Made by a program: the position numbers and the translations under genes. Under the pieces are notes generated by a model, which saw nothing but the letters and a program-made list of their open reading frames with translations, was not told the DNA's origin and searched no databases. From the human T2T-CHM13v2.0 reference genome, Homo sapiens: a DNA stretch of 64,000 nt. Below, in pieces: positions 27,431 to 46,657 of the stretch. How positions within the stretch are numbered: the stretch's first letter is position 1; each line of letters starts with the position of its first letter. The stretch lies in the NCBI RefSeq assembly GCF_009914755.1, contig NC_060928.1; one strand, given 5' to 3'.

Positions 27431-27697
27431 TTAGGCACACACTGAGCTAGCTGTAGGAGTTTTTTTTTTGTGTGTGTGTGTGTACCCAATTGGGGCCTGA
27501 AACCCCAGCAAGACAGAACCGTTCACTCCCCTGGAAAGGGGTAGAAGCCAGGGAGCAAAGTGGTCTTGCTCAGTGAGTCCCACTCCCATGGAGCCCAGCA
27601 AGCTAAGAACCACTGGCTTGAAATTATTGCTGCCAGCACAGCAGTCTGAAGTCAACCTGGGATGATCAAGCTTGGTGAGGGGAGAGGCATGCACCAT
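27431..27697 (-). CDS. L1 antisense ORF0 homologue (88 aa, open)
   Basis: MVHASPLTKLDHPRLTSDCCAGSNN...SMGVGLTEQ aligns by eye to L1HS ORF0p (MAGAPPPASLPPCSLISDCCASNQRDSVGVGPSEP). ATG context ataATGG. Expression unknown. Confidence 0.55.
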   Translation of the reverse strand: MVHASPLTKLDHPRLTSDCCAGSNNFKPVVLSLLGSMGVGLTEQDHFAPWLLPLSRGVNGSVLLGFQAPIGYTHTHKKKTPTASSVCA

Positions 27698-28360
27698 TAT
27701 TGAGGCTTGAGTAGGTGGTTTTCCCCTGAGAGTGTTGAGGACGCCAGGAAGTTCAGACTGGACAGAACTCACTGTGCATGGCAAAGAGGCTGTGGCCAGA
27801 CTACCTGTCTAGATTCCTCCTCACTGGTCTTATAGAAAAAATTCCCATCTCCCTGGGACAGAGCACCTGGGGGAAGGGGCGGCTGTGGGTTCAGCTTCGC
27901 TGGACTTAAACATTCCTGCCTGCTGGCTCTGAAGAGAGCAGCAGATCACCCAGCACAGTGCTCAAGCTCTGCTAAGGGATAAACGGCCTCTTCAGGTGGG
28001 TCCCTGACCCCCATGCCTCCTGACTTGGAGAGACCTCCCAACAGAGGTTGACAGACACTGCATACAGGAGAGCTCCGGCTGGCATCAGGCCGGTGCCCCT
28101 CTGGGACGAAGCTTCCAGAGGAAGGAGTAGGCAGCAATATTTGCTGTTCTGCAGCCTCTGCTGGTGATACCCATGCAAACAGGGTCTAGAGTGGACCTCC
28201 AGCAAACTACAGCAGACCTGCAGATGAGGGGTCTGACGGCTAGAAGAAAAACTAACAAACAGAAAGGAATAACATCAACATCAACAAAACAGACACCCAT
28301 ACACAAAACCCATCCAAAAGCTATCGGCACCAAGGATCAAACGTAGATAAATCCATGAAG

Positions 28361-29382
28361 ATGAGGAAAAACCAGTGCAAAAATGCTGAAAATTCCAAAA
28401 ACCAGAATGCCTCTTCACATCCAAATGATCACAACTCCTCTCCAGCAAGGGCACAAAACTGGACAGAGAATGAGTTTGACAAATTGACAGAAGAAGGCTT
28501 CAGAAGGTGGGTAATAACAAACTCCTCTGAGCTAAAAGAGCATGTTCTAACCCAATGCAAGGAAGCTAAGAACCTTGAAAAAAGGTTAGAGGAATTGCTA
28601 ACTAGGATAACCAGTTTAGAGGAGGACATAAATGACCTAATGGAGCTGAAAAACACAGTACGAGAACTTTGTGAAGCATACACAAGTATCAATAACTGAA
28701 TCGATCAAGTGGAAGAAATGATATCAGAGATTGAAGATCAACTTAACGAAATAAGGCGTGAAGACAAAATTAGAGAAGAAAAATGAAAAGAATGAACAAA
28801 GCCTCCAAGAAATATGGGACTATGTGAAAAGACCAAATCTGTGATTGACTGGTGTACCTGAAAGTGGTGGGGAGAATGGAACCAAGCTGGTAAACACACT
28901 TCAGGATATTATCCAGGAGAACTTCCCTAACCTAGCAAAATAGGCCAACATTCAAATTCAGGAAATACAGAGGACACCGCTAAGACACTCCTCGAGAAGA
29001 GCAACCCCAAGACACATAATCGTCAGATTCTCCAAGGTTGAAACAAAGGAAAAAATGTTAACGGCAGCCAGAGAGAAAGGTCAGATTACCTACAAAGGGA
29101 AGCCCTTCAGACAAACAGCAAATCTCTCTACAGAAACCCTACAAGCCAGAAGAGAAGGGGGCCAATATTCAACATTCTTAAAGAAAAGAATTTTCAACCC
29201 AGAATTGCATATCCACCCAAACTAAACTTCATAAGTGAAGGAGGAATAAAATCCTTTACAGACAAGTAAATTATGAGGGATTTTCACCACCAGGCCTGCC
29301 TTACAAGAGCTCCTGAAGGAAGCACCTAATATGGAAAGGAAAAACTGGTACCAGCCACTGCAAAAAACATACCAAAATATAA
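28361..29382 (+). pseudogene. L1 ORF1p pseudogene
   Basis: MRKNQCKNAENSKNQ...coiled coil; premature stop at 28697-28699 and later frameshifts. Confidence 0.93.
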
Positions 29383-29442
29383 AGACCAATGATACTGTGA
29401 AGGAACTGCATCAACTAATGTGCAAAATAACCAGCTAGCATC

Positions 29443-33253
<3,811 letters not shown>

Positions 33254-33493
33254 ATAACGAGAAGTCATGGACATAGGGAAAGAAACATCACACATCAGGG
33301 CCTGTCAGAGGGTCAGGGGCAAAGGGAGGGAGAGCATTAGGACAAATACCTAATGCATGAGGAGCTTAAAACCTAGATGATGGGTTGATGGGTGCAGCAA
33401 ACCACCATGGCAGAGGTATACGTATGTAACAAACCTGCACATTCTGCACATGTATACCAGACCTTAAAGTAAAATAAAAATACAAGTAAAATA

Positions 33494-36400
33494 ATAGGTT
33501 TATAATGGTATATTATTATTTTTTAAATTTTTGTCTCCTGAAAGTTGAAAGATGTTGAACATTTTTCAGTATGATTATTTGACATATGTATGTGCTCTTA
33601 GGTGTAGTAGTATCTTGTATTAGTCCATTTTCATGCTGCTGATAAAGACATACCCAAGACTGGGCAATTCACAAGATAGGAGGTTTAACTGGACTTACAG
33701 TTCCACGTTGCTGGGGAAGCCTCATAATCATGGTGGAAGGCAAGGAGGAGCAAGTTACATCTTACATAGATGGCAGCAGGCAAAGAGAGGAGTGCTTGTG
33801 CAGCGAAACTCCCCTTTTTATAACCATCAGATGTCATGAGACTTATTCACTATCACAAGAACAGCATGGGAAAGACCTGCCTCCATGTTTCAATTTCCTT
33901 CCACCAGGTCTCTCTCATAACTTGTAGAATTTCAAGATGAGATTTGGGTGGGGACCCAGCCAAACCATATCATTCTGCCCCAGCCCCTCCAAAATCTCAT
34001 ATCCTCACGTTTTAAAATGAATCATGCCTTCCCAAAAGTCCCTCAAAGTCTTAACTTATTTCAGCATTAACTCAAAACCCCACAGTCCAAAGTCTCATTC
34101 AAGATGAGGCAAGTCCCTTTCTCCTGTGAGTCTAAAATCAAAAGCAGGTTAGTTACTTCCTGGATACAATGAGTGAACAGGCATTAGGTAAATCCATTCC
34201 AAATGGGAGAATTTGGCCAAAACAAAGGGGCTACAGTCCTCTTGCAAGTCCAAAATCCTGAGGGGCAGTCAAATCTTAAAGCTCCGAAATAATCTCTTTT
34301 GACTCAATGTCTCACATCCAGGTCACTTTGATGCAAGAGATGGGTTCCCATGGTCTTCAGCAGCTCCACCCCTGTGGCTTTGCAGGGTGCAGCCTCCCTC
34401 TTGACTTTTTTCACAGACCAGCATTGAGTGTCTGTGGCTTTTCCAGGAGCACGGGGCAAGCTGTCACTGGATGGTCTGGAGGATGGTGGCCCTCTTCTCA
34501 CAGCTTCACTAGGCAGTGTCCCAATAGGGACTCTGTCAGGGCTCTGACCCCACAGTTCCCATCTGCACTGCCCTAGCAGAGTTTCTCCAAGAGGGCCCTG
34601 TCCCTGCATATACTTCCGCCTGGACATCCAGGCATGTCCATACATCCTCTGAAATCAAGGCAGAGGTTCTCAAACTTCAGTCCTTGACTTCTGTGCACCC
34701 ACAGGCTCAACACCATGTGGAAGCTGCCAAGGCTTGAGGTTTGCACCCTCTGAAGCCATGGACTGAGCTCTACGTTGGCCCCTTTCAGCCATGGATGGAG
34801 CAGCTGGGACACAGGGCACCAAATCTCTGGGCTGCACATAGCACAGCGAACCTGGGCCTGGCCCATGAAACCACTTTTTCCTCCTAGGCTTCAGGGTCTG
34901 TGATGGGAGGAGCTGCTGTGAAGAATCTCTGACATGGCCTGGAGACATTTTCACTACTGTCTTGGGGACTAACATTTGGCTCCTTATTGCTTATACAAGT
35001 TTCTGCAGCCCGCTTGAATTTCTCCTCAGAAAATGGGTTTTTCTTTTCTATCACACTGTCAGGCTGCAATTTTTTCAAACTTTTATGCTCTGTTCCCCTT
35101 ATAAAACTGAATACCTTTAACAGCATCCAAGTCACATCTTGAATGCTTTGCTGTTTAGAAATTTCTTTCAAGAAATACCCTAAATCATCTCTCTCAAGTT
35201 CAAAGTTCCACAAATCTCTAAGTAAAGGGCAAAATGCCACCAGTCTCTTTGCTAAAACATAACAAGATTCACCTTTGTTCCAGTTCCCAACATGTTCCTC
35301 ATCTCCACCTGGGACCACCTCATTTGGACCTTATTGTCTATATTGCTATCAGGCTTTTGCTCAAAGCCATTCAGCAAGTCCTTAGAAGTTCCAACCTTTT
35401 CCATATTTTCCTGTCTTCTTCTGAGCCCTCCAAACTATTCCAACATCTGTCTGTTAACCAGTTGCAAAGTCTTTTCTACATGTTTGGGTCTCTTTTCAGC
35501 AGCGTCCCACCCTACTGGTACCAATTTACTGTATTAGTCCATTGTCATGCTGCTAATAAAGACATACCCAAGACTGGGCAATTTACAAAAGAAAGAGGAT
35601 TAATTGGACTTACAGTTCCACATGGCTGGGGAAGTCTCACAATCATGGTGGAAGGCAAAAAGGAACAGGTCACATCTTACGTGGGTGGTGGCAAGCAAAG
35701 AGAAGAGCACTTATGCAGGGAAACTCCTCTTTTTATAACCCTCGGATCTCATGAGACTTATTCATTATCACAGGAAAAGCACAGGAAAGACCTGCCTCCG
35801 TGATTCAATTACCTCCCAATGGGTCTCTCCCACAACACATGGGAATTTAAGATGAGATTTGGGTGGGGACACAGCCAAACTGTATCATATCTTTTCAGGT
35901 ATTCTGTTCATTTTAAGATTATTATGTTTTATTGTAGAATTTAAAGCTTCTTTGTGTATTTTGTAACATATATATAATTTTGTATATTTTGAATAAAATT
36001 TCTTATACATTTTCTGTTTTATTAGAAATTTTATAATTTTGCATTTTATATTTATATCTATGGTTTCTTTTCATTTTTGTGTAAGTTGTAAGGTGTACCT
36101 AGTTTATATTTTTGCATTGAACATCCAATTGTTCTAGTATCATTTGTTAAAAAGGTTATTATTTCTCCCTTGAATTCCTTTGCATTCTTTTAAAAACACA
36201 ATTGACTATCTTTGTCAATTGACTATTCCTGGGCTGTCTCTTCTGTTCTGTCAATCTTTATGTATATTCTTTTACCAATATCATACTGTCTTGATTACTA
36301 TAGTTTTTAGTAAGATTTGAAATTAGGTGGTGTGATTCCTCCAACTTTCTTCTTCTTCAAGATTGTGTTGTGGCTATTCTAGGGCTTTTTGCCCTTCATA

Positions 36401-36550
36401 CAAACTTCAGAATCAGTTTGTTGAAATCTACCAAGCAGCTTGCTATGATTTTGATTGCAATTGCATTGAAACCATAAGGTCAAGCCAGGAAAATCTGATA
36501 TATTAACAATATTAAGACTTTCAATATATGAATAGAGAATATCTCTTTGA
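33494..36550 (-). mobile_element. Old L1 (L1MB/MC-like) ORF2 fragment interrupted by THE1B
   Basis: Antisense ORF2 landmarks at 33495-33610 and 35893-36550 (catactgtcttgattactatag, ttgattgcaattgcattgaa). Confidence 0.75.
33616..35887 (-). mobile_element. Complete THE1B MaLR element (3'LTR 33616-33972, internal 33973-35529, 5'LTR 35530-35887)
   Basis: Two ~357-bp LTRs; broken MaLR ORF (34884..35318 VGNWNKGESCYVLAKRL); perfect TSD TATCT (33611-15 / 35888-92). Confidence 0.96.
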
Positions 36551-36605
36551 ACTTTAAGTGATGCCTGGGAGCCATGTGTTTAAGGTCTCTGTCTGTCTCA
36601 CCCCC

Positions 36606-37670
36606 TGCAGTAGATTCCTACATCAGTGGTCCCAGTGAAGCTTGTCTTTTGGTATTCACAGCTGTTTAGAAGTCCCCAAGACCAACCTTGGTTTCAATGA
36701 TTTCTTAAAAGAACTGACAAGACTTTAATAAGTAGTTATACTCATGGTCATAGCTTATTACTGTGAGAGGATATAAATTCAAATAAGCAAAGAAAAAAAG
36801 ATGCATGAGGAAATGTCTAAAGAATACCATGGACAAACTTCGAGATGTCCTCTCCCAGTGAAGTGGTGTGGTCATGCTTATTTCTTTCATAAACAACGTG
36901 TGAGTGGCAACACATAGGAAGTTTTGTCAGCCAGGGTAATGACTCTGAGCCTTGAATCCAGAATTTATTGGGAGTCACTGCATGCCTATGCAACTGAGCT
37001 CAGCACTGATTCCAGCCTCCCAAAGCAGAAACAGGCATTCACCATAAATTACATTTGTTAGCATGAACTATATGATAAAATTGGTACAGGATGGCCCATT
37101 ACCTCAGGCATACAAAAGCCTTAATGACATTCACCATAAATGACATTTTTAGCATAAATTATCTCATCAAAGTGGTATGCTATAGTGTAAGGCCTCAGGC
37201 ATACAAAAACACTCATATCAGGCAGAATATTCCAAGGGCTCAGAGCTCTTTTTCCAAAAACCAATCCTGAGGAAAACTATTTCTTGGAAATGTATAGGTT
37301 TTTGAGATCCAGGCCTATGAGTTAACCCTTTTCTGCACAACACCTTTGTGTATATCCTGCCCATATTGAGTCTGTGCTTGGCCTTGTGACTTGTTTGGGT
37401 CAATGGGATATTGGTAACTGAGACATTAGCAGTGGTCTTGATATGAGTTTTGCTTGCCTTCTTGGAATGCTGCTGCCAAGTAAAGAAGCCTTGTCTACCC
37501 TCTTGGAGGATAAACGCATGAAGAAAAGTTTCAGTAATTTCACATATCCAAGCTGAGTAAAGTCAACCCATCAACTTATGAGAAATAATGACTTTTGTTT
37601 TAAGCACTAAGTTTCAGAGTAGTTTCCTATACAGCAAAAGATGCCTGACACAAAAATTGGTTCTAGAAGT
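36606..37670 (+). mobile_element. MLT1 (F/G-like) LTR plus start of internal sequence, split by MER77
   Basis: ggccttgtgacttgtttgggtcaatggg and gttttaagcactaagtttcagagtagttt...acagcaaaagat MLT1 motifs; aaattggttctagaagt internal start. Confidence 0.7.
36663..37339 (-). mobile_element. MER77/MER21-group ERVL solo LTR
   Basis: tg..gtccccaagacca...gagttaacccttttctgcaca termini; 5-bp TSD ACAGC/ACACC. Confidence 0.75.
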
Positions 37671-37849
37671 TGGATCAACCCCAGAAGAGAGTTAATTGAT
37701 TGGACTGAGTCTACTCTATCTTTGAAGAAGAAGAATAAGGTAAAAATGTTGACTTCAGAGCACAGTAATAATACTGTCTTAGGACAGAAAAAAAATACAA
37801 GAACCAACTAAAGTATATTAAAATATAGGCCAGACAGTGGGTAGTGGTG

Positions 37850-39400
37850 TATTGTTTGTGAGGAGGGTACAAATACAGAGGAGTATGCATGTTTGTAGAG
37901 TGAATTCTATAAAAGTCTGGGGAAAAAGTGAAATAAATTAAAACAATATATCCAACTTAAGATGAAGAAAAATTACAAGTAAAAAACTGAGACAAAAAAG
38001 CATAAAATAAGATGGTCAAAATAAATCCAACTATATTAGTAATGATGATATTAATATGTGATTAGACTAAATGCTCCAGTTAAAAGGCACATGGATAAAA
38101 ATCAAAACCCACCTACATGCTGTTACTATAAAGAGGTGTAAAAATTAGGAATTTTAAAAGATTCAAAATAAAATGATTAAAAATATGGCCAGGCAAGTAA
38201 AACCAGAAAAGCTGAGTTACCTGAATGTAGTACAAAATAAACTTTGAGGCAAAAGGCATTGCTGCAGATAAAAAACATGCCTATATAATGACAAAAGGCT
38301 AAATTTACCAGAAAGCTATATCAATTCCAACGTGATTATACCTGATAACACAGCTTTAAGAAATATGAAGAAACATGACAGAATTAAGGAGAAATAAACA
38401 AATCCACTGTCATAGTTTGAAAATTTAACTAACCTTTCTCAGAACCTTATAAAGCAAGAAACCACTAGATTATTTCCAATATCATCTCGATTTATAATCA
38501 CAATAAGTTTCCCCTTTTGGAATTAAATAGCAATTTATTTAATTTATATGGATAAATAAATACCCACAAATTGGTTTTGAAAAACTATTTAAAAAAAGGA
38601 GAACTGAGAAGAAATACTTGCTGTAGCAGATACTGAAACAACATTCTCTAAGGCCATTTTACTGAACTCATTCTAATAACTTTATGCGATCAGTGTAATA
38701 TAGTAGAAGTTACAAAATTAAATATGAAAAATAACATGTCAAAAATATGAGAGTTCAATTTAAAAGGAAAATAGTTGACTAGTTAATAAATGATGCTGAT
38801 ACAACTGACCATCATAAAGAGAATTAAAATGGAAACTTCCTATTCAAGCTGGAGTTGAAATAAAGAACAGTTTAGCCAAGACTAAAAAATCTAGAAACTA
38901 TAAAGAAAAGAAAACATGTTTAACCACATGCCATTTAAAAAATGCTTTGCATTTCAAAAGGTAACATAAAATAGTTTATATTATAAATATGAAAAAATGT
39001 TTGCACATGATGAGAAAAGCTTAACATTCTATAATAAACAAAGAGCTCATATAAATTGACATAAACTACAACTCATCTCTCTGTTCTCAAAAAAAGCAAA
39101 GGATATAAGTAGAAAATTTACAAATGGTAAAAAAAAAAGGAAATCATATTACAGGATGCTCAAATTCAGCCACAGCAATGCAAATCAAAACATCCGTAAA
39201 ATATGATTTTTAACACATCAGACTCCAAAATCTGGATGAGGGTATTAATACTTATTGCTATGAGCGTCTGGGGTAAAGAAAATTCCAATATTTTGCTGGT
39301 GGATATTTAAAATGTTACAAGGCTTTTGGAATCACTCAATATGTAGTAAATGCCAGTTTTTCAAAGGATATACCACTAATTCTTATATGTATGATAATTT
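37850..39400 (+). mobile_element. Ancient L1ME-like ORF2 fragments
   Basis: Endonuclease-start motif gactaaatgctccagttaaaaggca and a 3' ORF2 motif caatgcaaatcaaaac. Confidence 0.6.
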
Positions 39401-39421
39401 TAACTATAAAAAGAAATCTGC

Positions 39422-39658
39422 AGGCCAAGGCATTCTGATTGCTTGAGCCCAGGAGTTCAAGATCAGCCTGGGTAACATGGCGAGAGACTGTATAAAAAAG
39501 TCAAAAAAATTAGCTAGGTCTGGTGGCGTGATCCTGTGGTCCCAGCTACTTGGGAGGCTGAGGCGGGAGGATCACAGCAGCCTGGGACCTTGAGGATGTA
39601 GTGAGTTGCACACTGAACTCCACCCTGGGGAACAGAGTCAGACTCTGAAAAAAAAAAT
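39422..39658 (+). mobile_element. 5'-truncated AluJ
   Basis: gcttgagcccaggagttcaag and gggaggatc J diagnostics; A-tail. Confidence 0.85.
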
Positions 39659-39717
39659 CCTATGAGATTTTGTAGAGTCTATTGATGAAGATTTACCCTG
39701 GGTGTGGATGACCACCA

Positions 39718-39847
39718 CCCACTTATGCCTAGTGTTCCATTATTGGAACGCTAAGCATGTGGGAATTACTTATATCCTAGTGCTCAAGGTCATCACCAAG
39801 GTCTAATTGCAAAAATTCAAAAAATTGCAACCTCAGACATAAATGGG
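39718..39847 (+). mobile_element. MER85 piggyBac (PGBD3-derived) MITE
   Basis: 13-bp TIRs CCCACTTATGCCT / AGACATAAATGGG; right TTAA (39848-51); internal palindrome GTTCCATTATTGGAAC (39734-39749); 130 bp. Confidence 0.93.
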
Positions 39848-39899
39848 TTAAGGGAAGAAATCACAAGATAAAAGACCTCTTCTGCCTTATCCTCAATTG

Positions 39900-40365
39900 C
39901 CACCACCATGGCCTTTGCTCGTATACAACTTAGTTTTACTCATGAGCACCTTTTACTTCTTTATGCCCCATACATACTGCTTTGCCCTATAATAATTTTC
40001 ATTCTTGCCTTGACTAGCTTCAAAATTTTGTTTAATGAGCATCACCTTTTGAGTAATTTTCCTGATGTTTTAATAACATCATAGCAATCTTAACAGTATT
40101 CTATAATCAATTATTTAATTGAATTGATGTTTTGCACTATATCCTAAACTCAAGGACAGTGATCATGTGTTCTTTTTCTTTGTGTATCCAATGCCTAAAG
40201 CATTTTTAATATGCATACTATGTATTCAATAAATTCTTATTTCAACAAAGCCAGGATGCCTTTGGAAGCTAACAGTGTAGTTGAACACTATGTTCCCAGT
40301 TCTAAACATGATGTCTTATGCATATAGAAGCTTGATAAATATTTATTGAATAAATTTTTAAATGA
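39900..40365 (+). mobile_element. L2 3' fragments
   Basis: Two L2-type tails (ttcaataaattcttatt; tgataaatatttattgaataaa). Confidence 0.6.
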
Positions 40366-40895
40366 GTGTACTAGAACAGATGGCTAATTTCCAATAAAAG
40401 TAATATCTATAGCAAAATACTTTCTAAGTGGTCTTCAGTAGCTTGTAAACCAAAACAACTCACTCTAAATAGCATTTTTAACCTAGTCAGTCCTTAGAAA
40501 GAAGGAAGATGTCCACATTATACTCCTGAAGGTAAAAGTAGTTGCATGGGCATCTACTTTTTTAAAAAAGTTCAGTGTGGCTTCCAAAACACACTGAATA
40601 AGCACACATGCCTTAGTTGTAGGAAATAAAAACTAACTCTGGCAATCTTATTTTAAAAATTTAAAAAGTGATTTTATTTAAAAGATATTAGAGATCATAT
40701 AATGTGTGAGAGCCCTGCGAGTATACAGAAAAGGATTCTGTAAGGTCTGAAGGGTCAGACAACAGAAACCGTAGCAAGTATATTACAGAACAAGAACAAG
40801 AAGTTTTGTGTGTGACTTATAGCGGTCATGCATCTGACCTCTAACTATTTCCAAGATTTGCGTCCCATCTTTTGGAATAAAAGTCTCCTAATCTT

Positions 40896-41142
40896 TGAGA
40901 GGCTGAAGGGGGTGGATCATTTGAGGTCAGGAGTTTAAGACGAGCCTGGCGAACATGGTGAAAACCTGTCTCTACTAAAAATACAAAAAAATGAGCTGGG
41001 CGTGGTGGTGCACTCCTGTAATCCCAGCTACTCAGGAGGCTGAGGAATGAGAATCGCTTGAACCCAGGAGTCAGAAGTTGCAGTGAACCGAGATCATACA
41101 CTGCACTCCAGCCTGAGTGACAGAGTGAGACCCTGTCTTCAC

Positions 41143-41164
<22 letters not shown>
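40896..41164 (+). mobile_element. 5'-truncated AluSz-like
   Basis: Alu body with long A-tail; 17-bp TSD AAAAGTC(T/C)CCTAATCTT (40879-95 / 41165-81). Confidence 0.92.
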
Positions 41165-41173
<9 letters not shown>

Positions 41174-41989
41174 CTAATCTTCAACAGGACAGTGAGGTGG
41201 AGGATCTGGCTTCTGCAATAGTGAGAGGTGATCATTTCCACCCATTCATACTCCAAGGGTGATCAGCGTGTCAAGGGGAAGGGACGGTTTGAAACCTAAA
41301 GAGCCAAAAATGGGAAATATGTCCATTATAGAAGTGGATAATCAGTGGTATTATCCCTCCATGAGACCATGTCATCCCTCTAAACCTAAAATTGAATTGG
41401 AATAAGTCAGGAAATGATAATGATGTTTCAAAAAAGGAATCCAACCTTGCTCATAAAACAGTAGTATGACACATGTTGTCAATATAATGTGTTCCCTTCT
41501 TGGACTTGATGGGAACATCAAAGATGTGAATGTAGAATGCAAGGAAATACTATAATAAAATGTAAGCCTCAGATAACTATAATTTTAAAATGTTTTGTGA
41601 TGAATATTTCACACAGCCATTACTATATATTAGGATAGTGTCTCTTTTAGGTATAAAAGTTAAGCCACATTATAAATTTTAATGAGATTGTTAAAGAAAA
41701 GGAAACATTTAAGAGAGGCACTGAGTAGGGTTTGGATTTCCTGGGTGTATATGGTGGGAGTGGCAGTGCTAATTTATCTCACCTTTAGTCATTGCAGAAA
41801 TACATGAAGCAGGCTGGAGACAGGTATTTAATGTAATTTTCTGTATACATCTTGTATCTAACAATATATAAAAATAGAGAGCAAAGAAAAAATACGTTTT
41901 CAGTTTCTTTTTCTTTTTATTTATTTTCTTTCAGAAATATCTTGTTTCCTAGGTTATTTCATAAACTGAATCCATAAACTTTTTACAAA

Positions 41990-42390
41990 TTTATTTGTTT
42001 GTTAAAAATTGTCATGAAACTATATGTATTCATTGGGTATAACATGATATTTTGAACTATATGTAGATCATAGAATGGTCAAATCTAGCTAATTAATAAA
42101 TGCGTTACATCACATAGTTATCAATTTTGTGGTGAAAACACAACGTCCACTCTTAGCATTTTTCAGGAACACAATATGTCATTATTAACTATATTCACCC
42201 TGTAGCACATTAGATCTCTTAAGCTTGTTCCACTTATCTCACTATAAATATGTATACTTTGTCCAACATCCCCCCAACCTGTCTCCCCCCAAACCACCCC
42301 AGCCTCTGGTAACCACCATTCTACTCTCTATCTCTATGAGATCCTTCTTCAGATTCCACATATATGTGAGATCATGTAGTGTTTGTCTTT
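41990..42390 (-). mobile_element. L1MA6/7-like 3' end
   Basis: agcctctggtaaccaccattctactctcta...agattccacatatatgtgagatcatg 3'UTR. Confidence 0.85.
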
Positions 42391-42439
42391 AACTTAGAGA
42401 ATTCTGTGGTGCCTTTGGATTGAAAGGAAAAGAAATCTC

Positions 42440-42608
42440 AGGTGGGAGAATTTCACAGAGATAATTTTGCAAAGTTATGGTCTAATTAAAATGGAAATTT
42501 CCAATAGCCAAATGGAAAGGCTAGAAATAAAGAAATATGATTTTAGAAATAGAATAATTATTAAATGTGCTTAACAGCAAACTAAAAACAGCAAATGAAG
42601 AGATCAGT
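42440..42608 (+). repeat. Displaced direct duplicate of 44849-45019
   Basis: Core 42440-42599 vs 44849-45010 differs by 6 substitutions and one 2-bp indel on manual alignment. Confidence 0.95.
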
Positions 42609-43599
42609 ATAGAGCCAACATATTTTTGTACATGAATAATACATGGAAAAAAACATGTCAAATGAGCAAGTAACTATCAAGGGAAATGTGACAAAGTTGT
42701 TCCAGAACATTGTAGAGAATTATATGATCAGGTATTAATATACTGAGAGATCATATTAATGGGCTGTGGAATCATCACTAAATTCTGAAATACATTTACC
42801 TCCTAGCTTGCGATAATGGAAAAAATTGATGTTTTTCTGTATCCATAGTTATGAGACTAATATATGGAGCGCAAAACTTCTTATGGTTAGAGTGTCAGAA
42901 AGGTGTACTGGTATTACCATATATCCATGCTAATGAGGGTAAAGAGGAAATAAGTTTTGTCATTGTATAGAGATTATATAACTTTGAAAGTGTGTCTCAC
43001 TGTGATTTCTGGAGCCTCTTAACTTTCACCCTAAATGGAGAACATGGTTTGTGATATGATGTTCCTGGAGTTGTTTGCAAATTTAGTTGATGAGATTGTT
43101 TCTGATAGAACCAAATCAACCCAAGAGAATCAGCTCTTAAAGATCTTAGGTTTCCTGATATTAGTGTAAATTATACTTTTGACAAGTCATTATGGGTGGA
43201 TAGACACTTGATGCAGAACTGTTATATTTCAGAATATATTAGACATAGACCAAGTGTTCTATTAATTTTTAAATTTATTCTATCCCAGGATACATTTCTG
43301 TAAAATGTATATCAAAATAATTCTTGTGATCTGGTATAAATATAAATAACCCATGTGTGCATTTTGATAAATTCATTATAAGCCTCATTTAGTGACAGAA
43401 ATTGTTGAGAGCGAAGTCTCCTTGAATGAGGAAATAATTTGTTCTAAGACTTAAGAATTAATCCTTCTATCCATATCTTTGGTCATTCAAAGGAGGCAGA
43501 GAAATAATTGAAGATTTTAATATTTAAAAAATAAATATCACATAGATGGACTCTGAAACCTTTAAAACATGTTTCAGTATCAGTTCACAAAGACAATAT

Positions 43600-46224
<2,625 letters not shown>

Positions 46225-46230
<6 letters not shown>

Positions 46231-46657
46231 AAAGTCCCCAGTAAGCCCACTGAAAAGGGGATTAGTGCACTGGATGTTCATCAGGAGTGCTCTTGAAATC
46301 CTCAACCATGGAATAGTGGGGGCTGAAACATGGTTAGAGGAAGAAATATTTGTGATGAAGAACAAGTAGAAGCCTCTGTCCACCCCTATGGGTGCTTTGG
46401 AGCTGGCATATTCCTTTTGATTTGTTCTGCATTGGCACCAGGGAGCCAGGCCTTTACACTCCTGTGTTGAACAGTCAGTATATGTTGACTGCCCCTGGAA
46501 GAAGACACAAGCTTAGAAAAGTCAGTTTTCTTTAGCAGAGGTAATCCCAATGATAACTGATGGCTCAGGGCATCATACAGCTGCACTTCCAACAGCTGGG
46601 GTGGGGAGGCCTTCATTTCTGAAGGGGATCTGGGCAGTGTAACACAACATCCATGAA
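46225..46657 (-). mobile_element. LTR16-like ERVL solo LTR
   Basis: Terminal ggggatctgggcagtgtaacacaacatcca and internal ctttggagctgg motifs. Confidence 0.65.

Noticed and set aside
34304-35803. Cluster of 90-190-aa ORFs, mirrored at 52024-54216
   Set aside because: Frameshifted remnants and antisense frames of the known THE1 internal MaLR ORF and LTRs; not a new gene.
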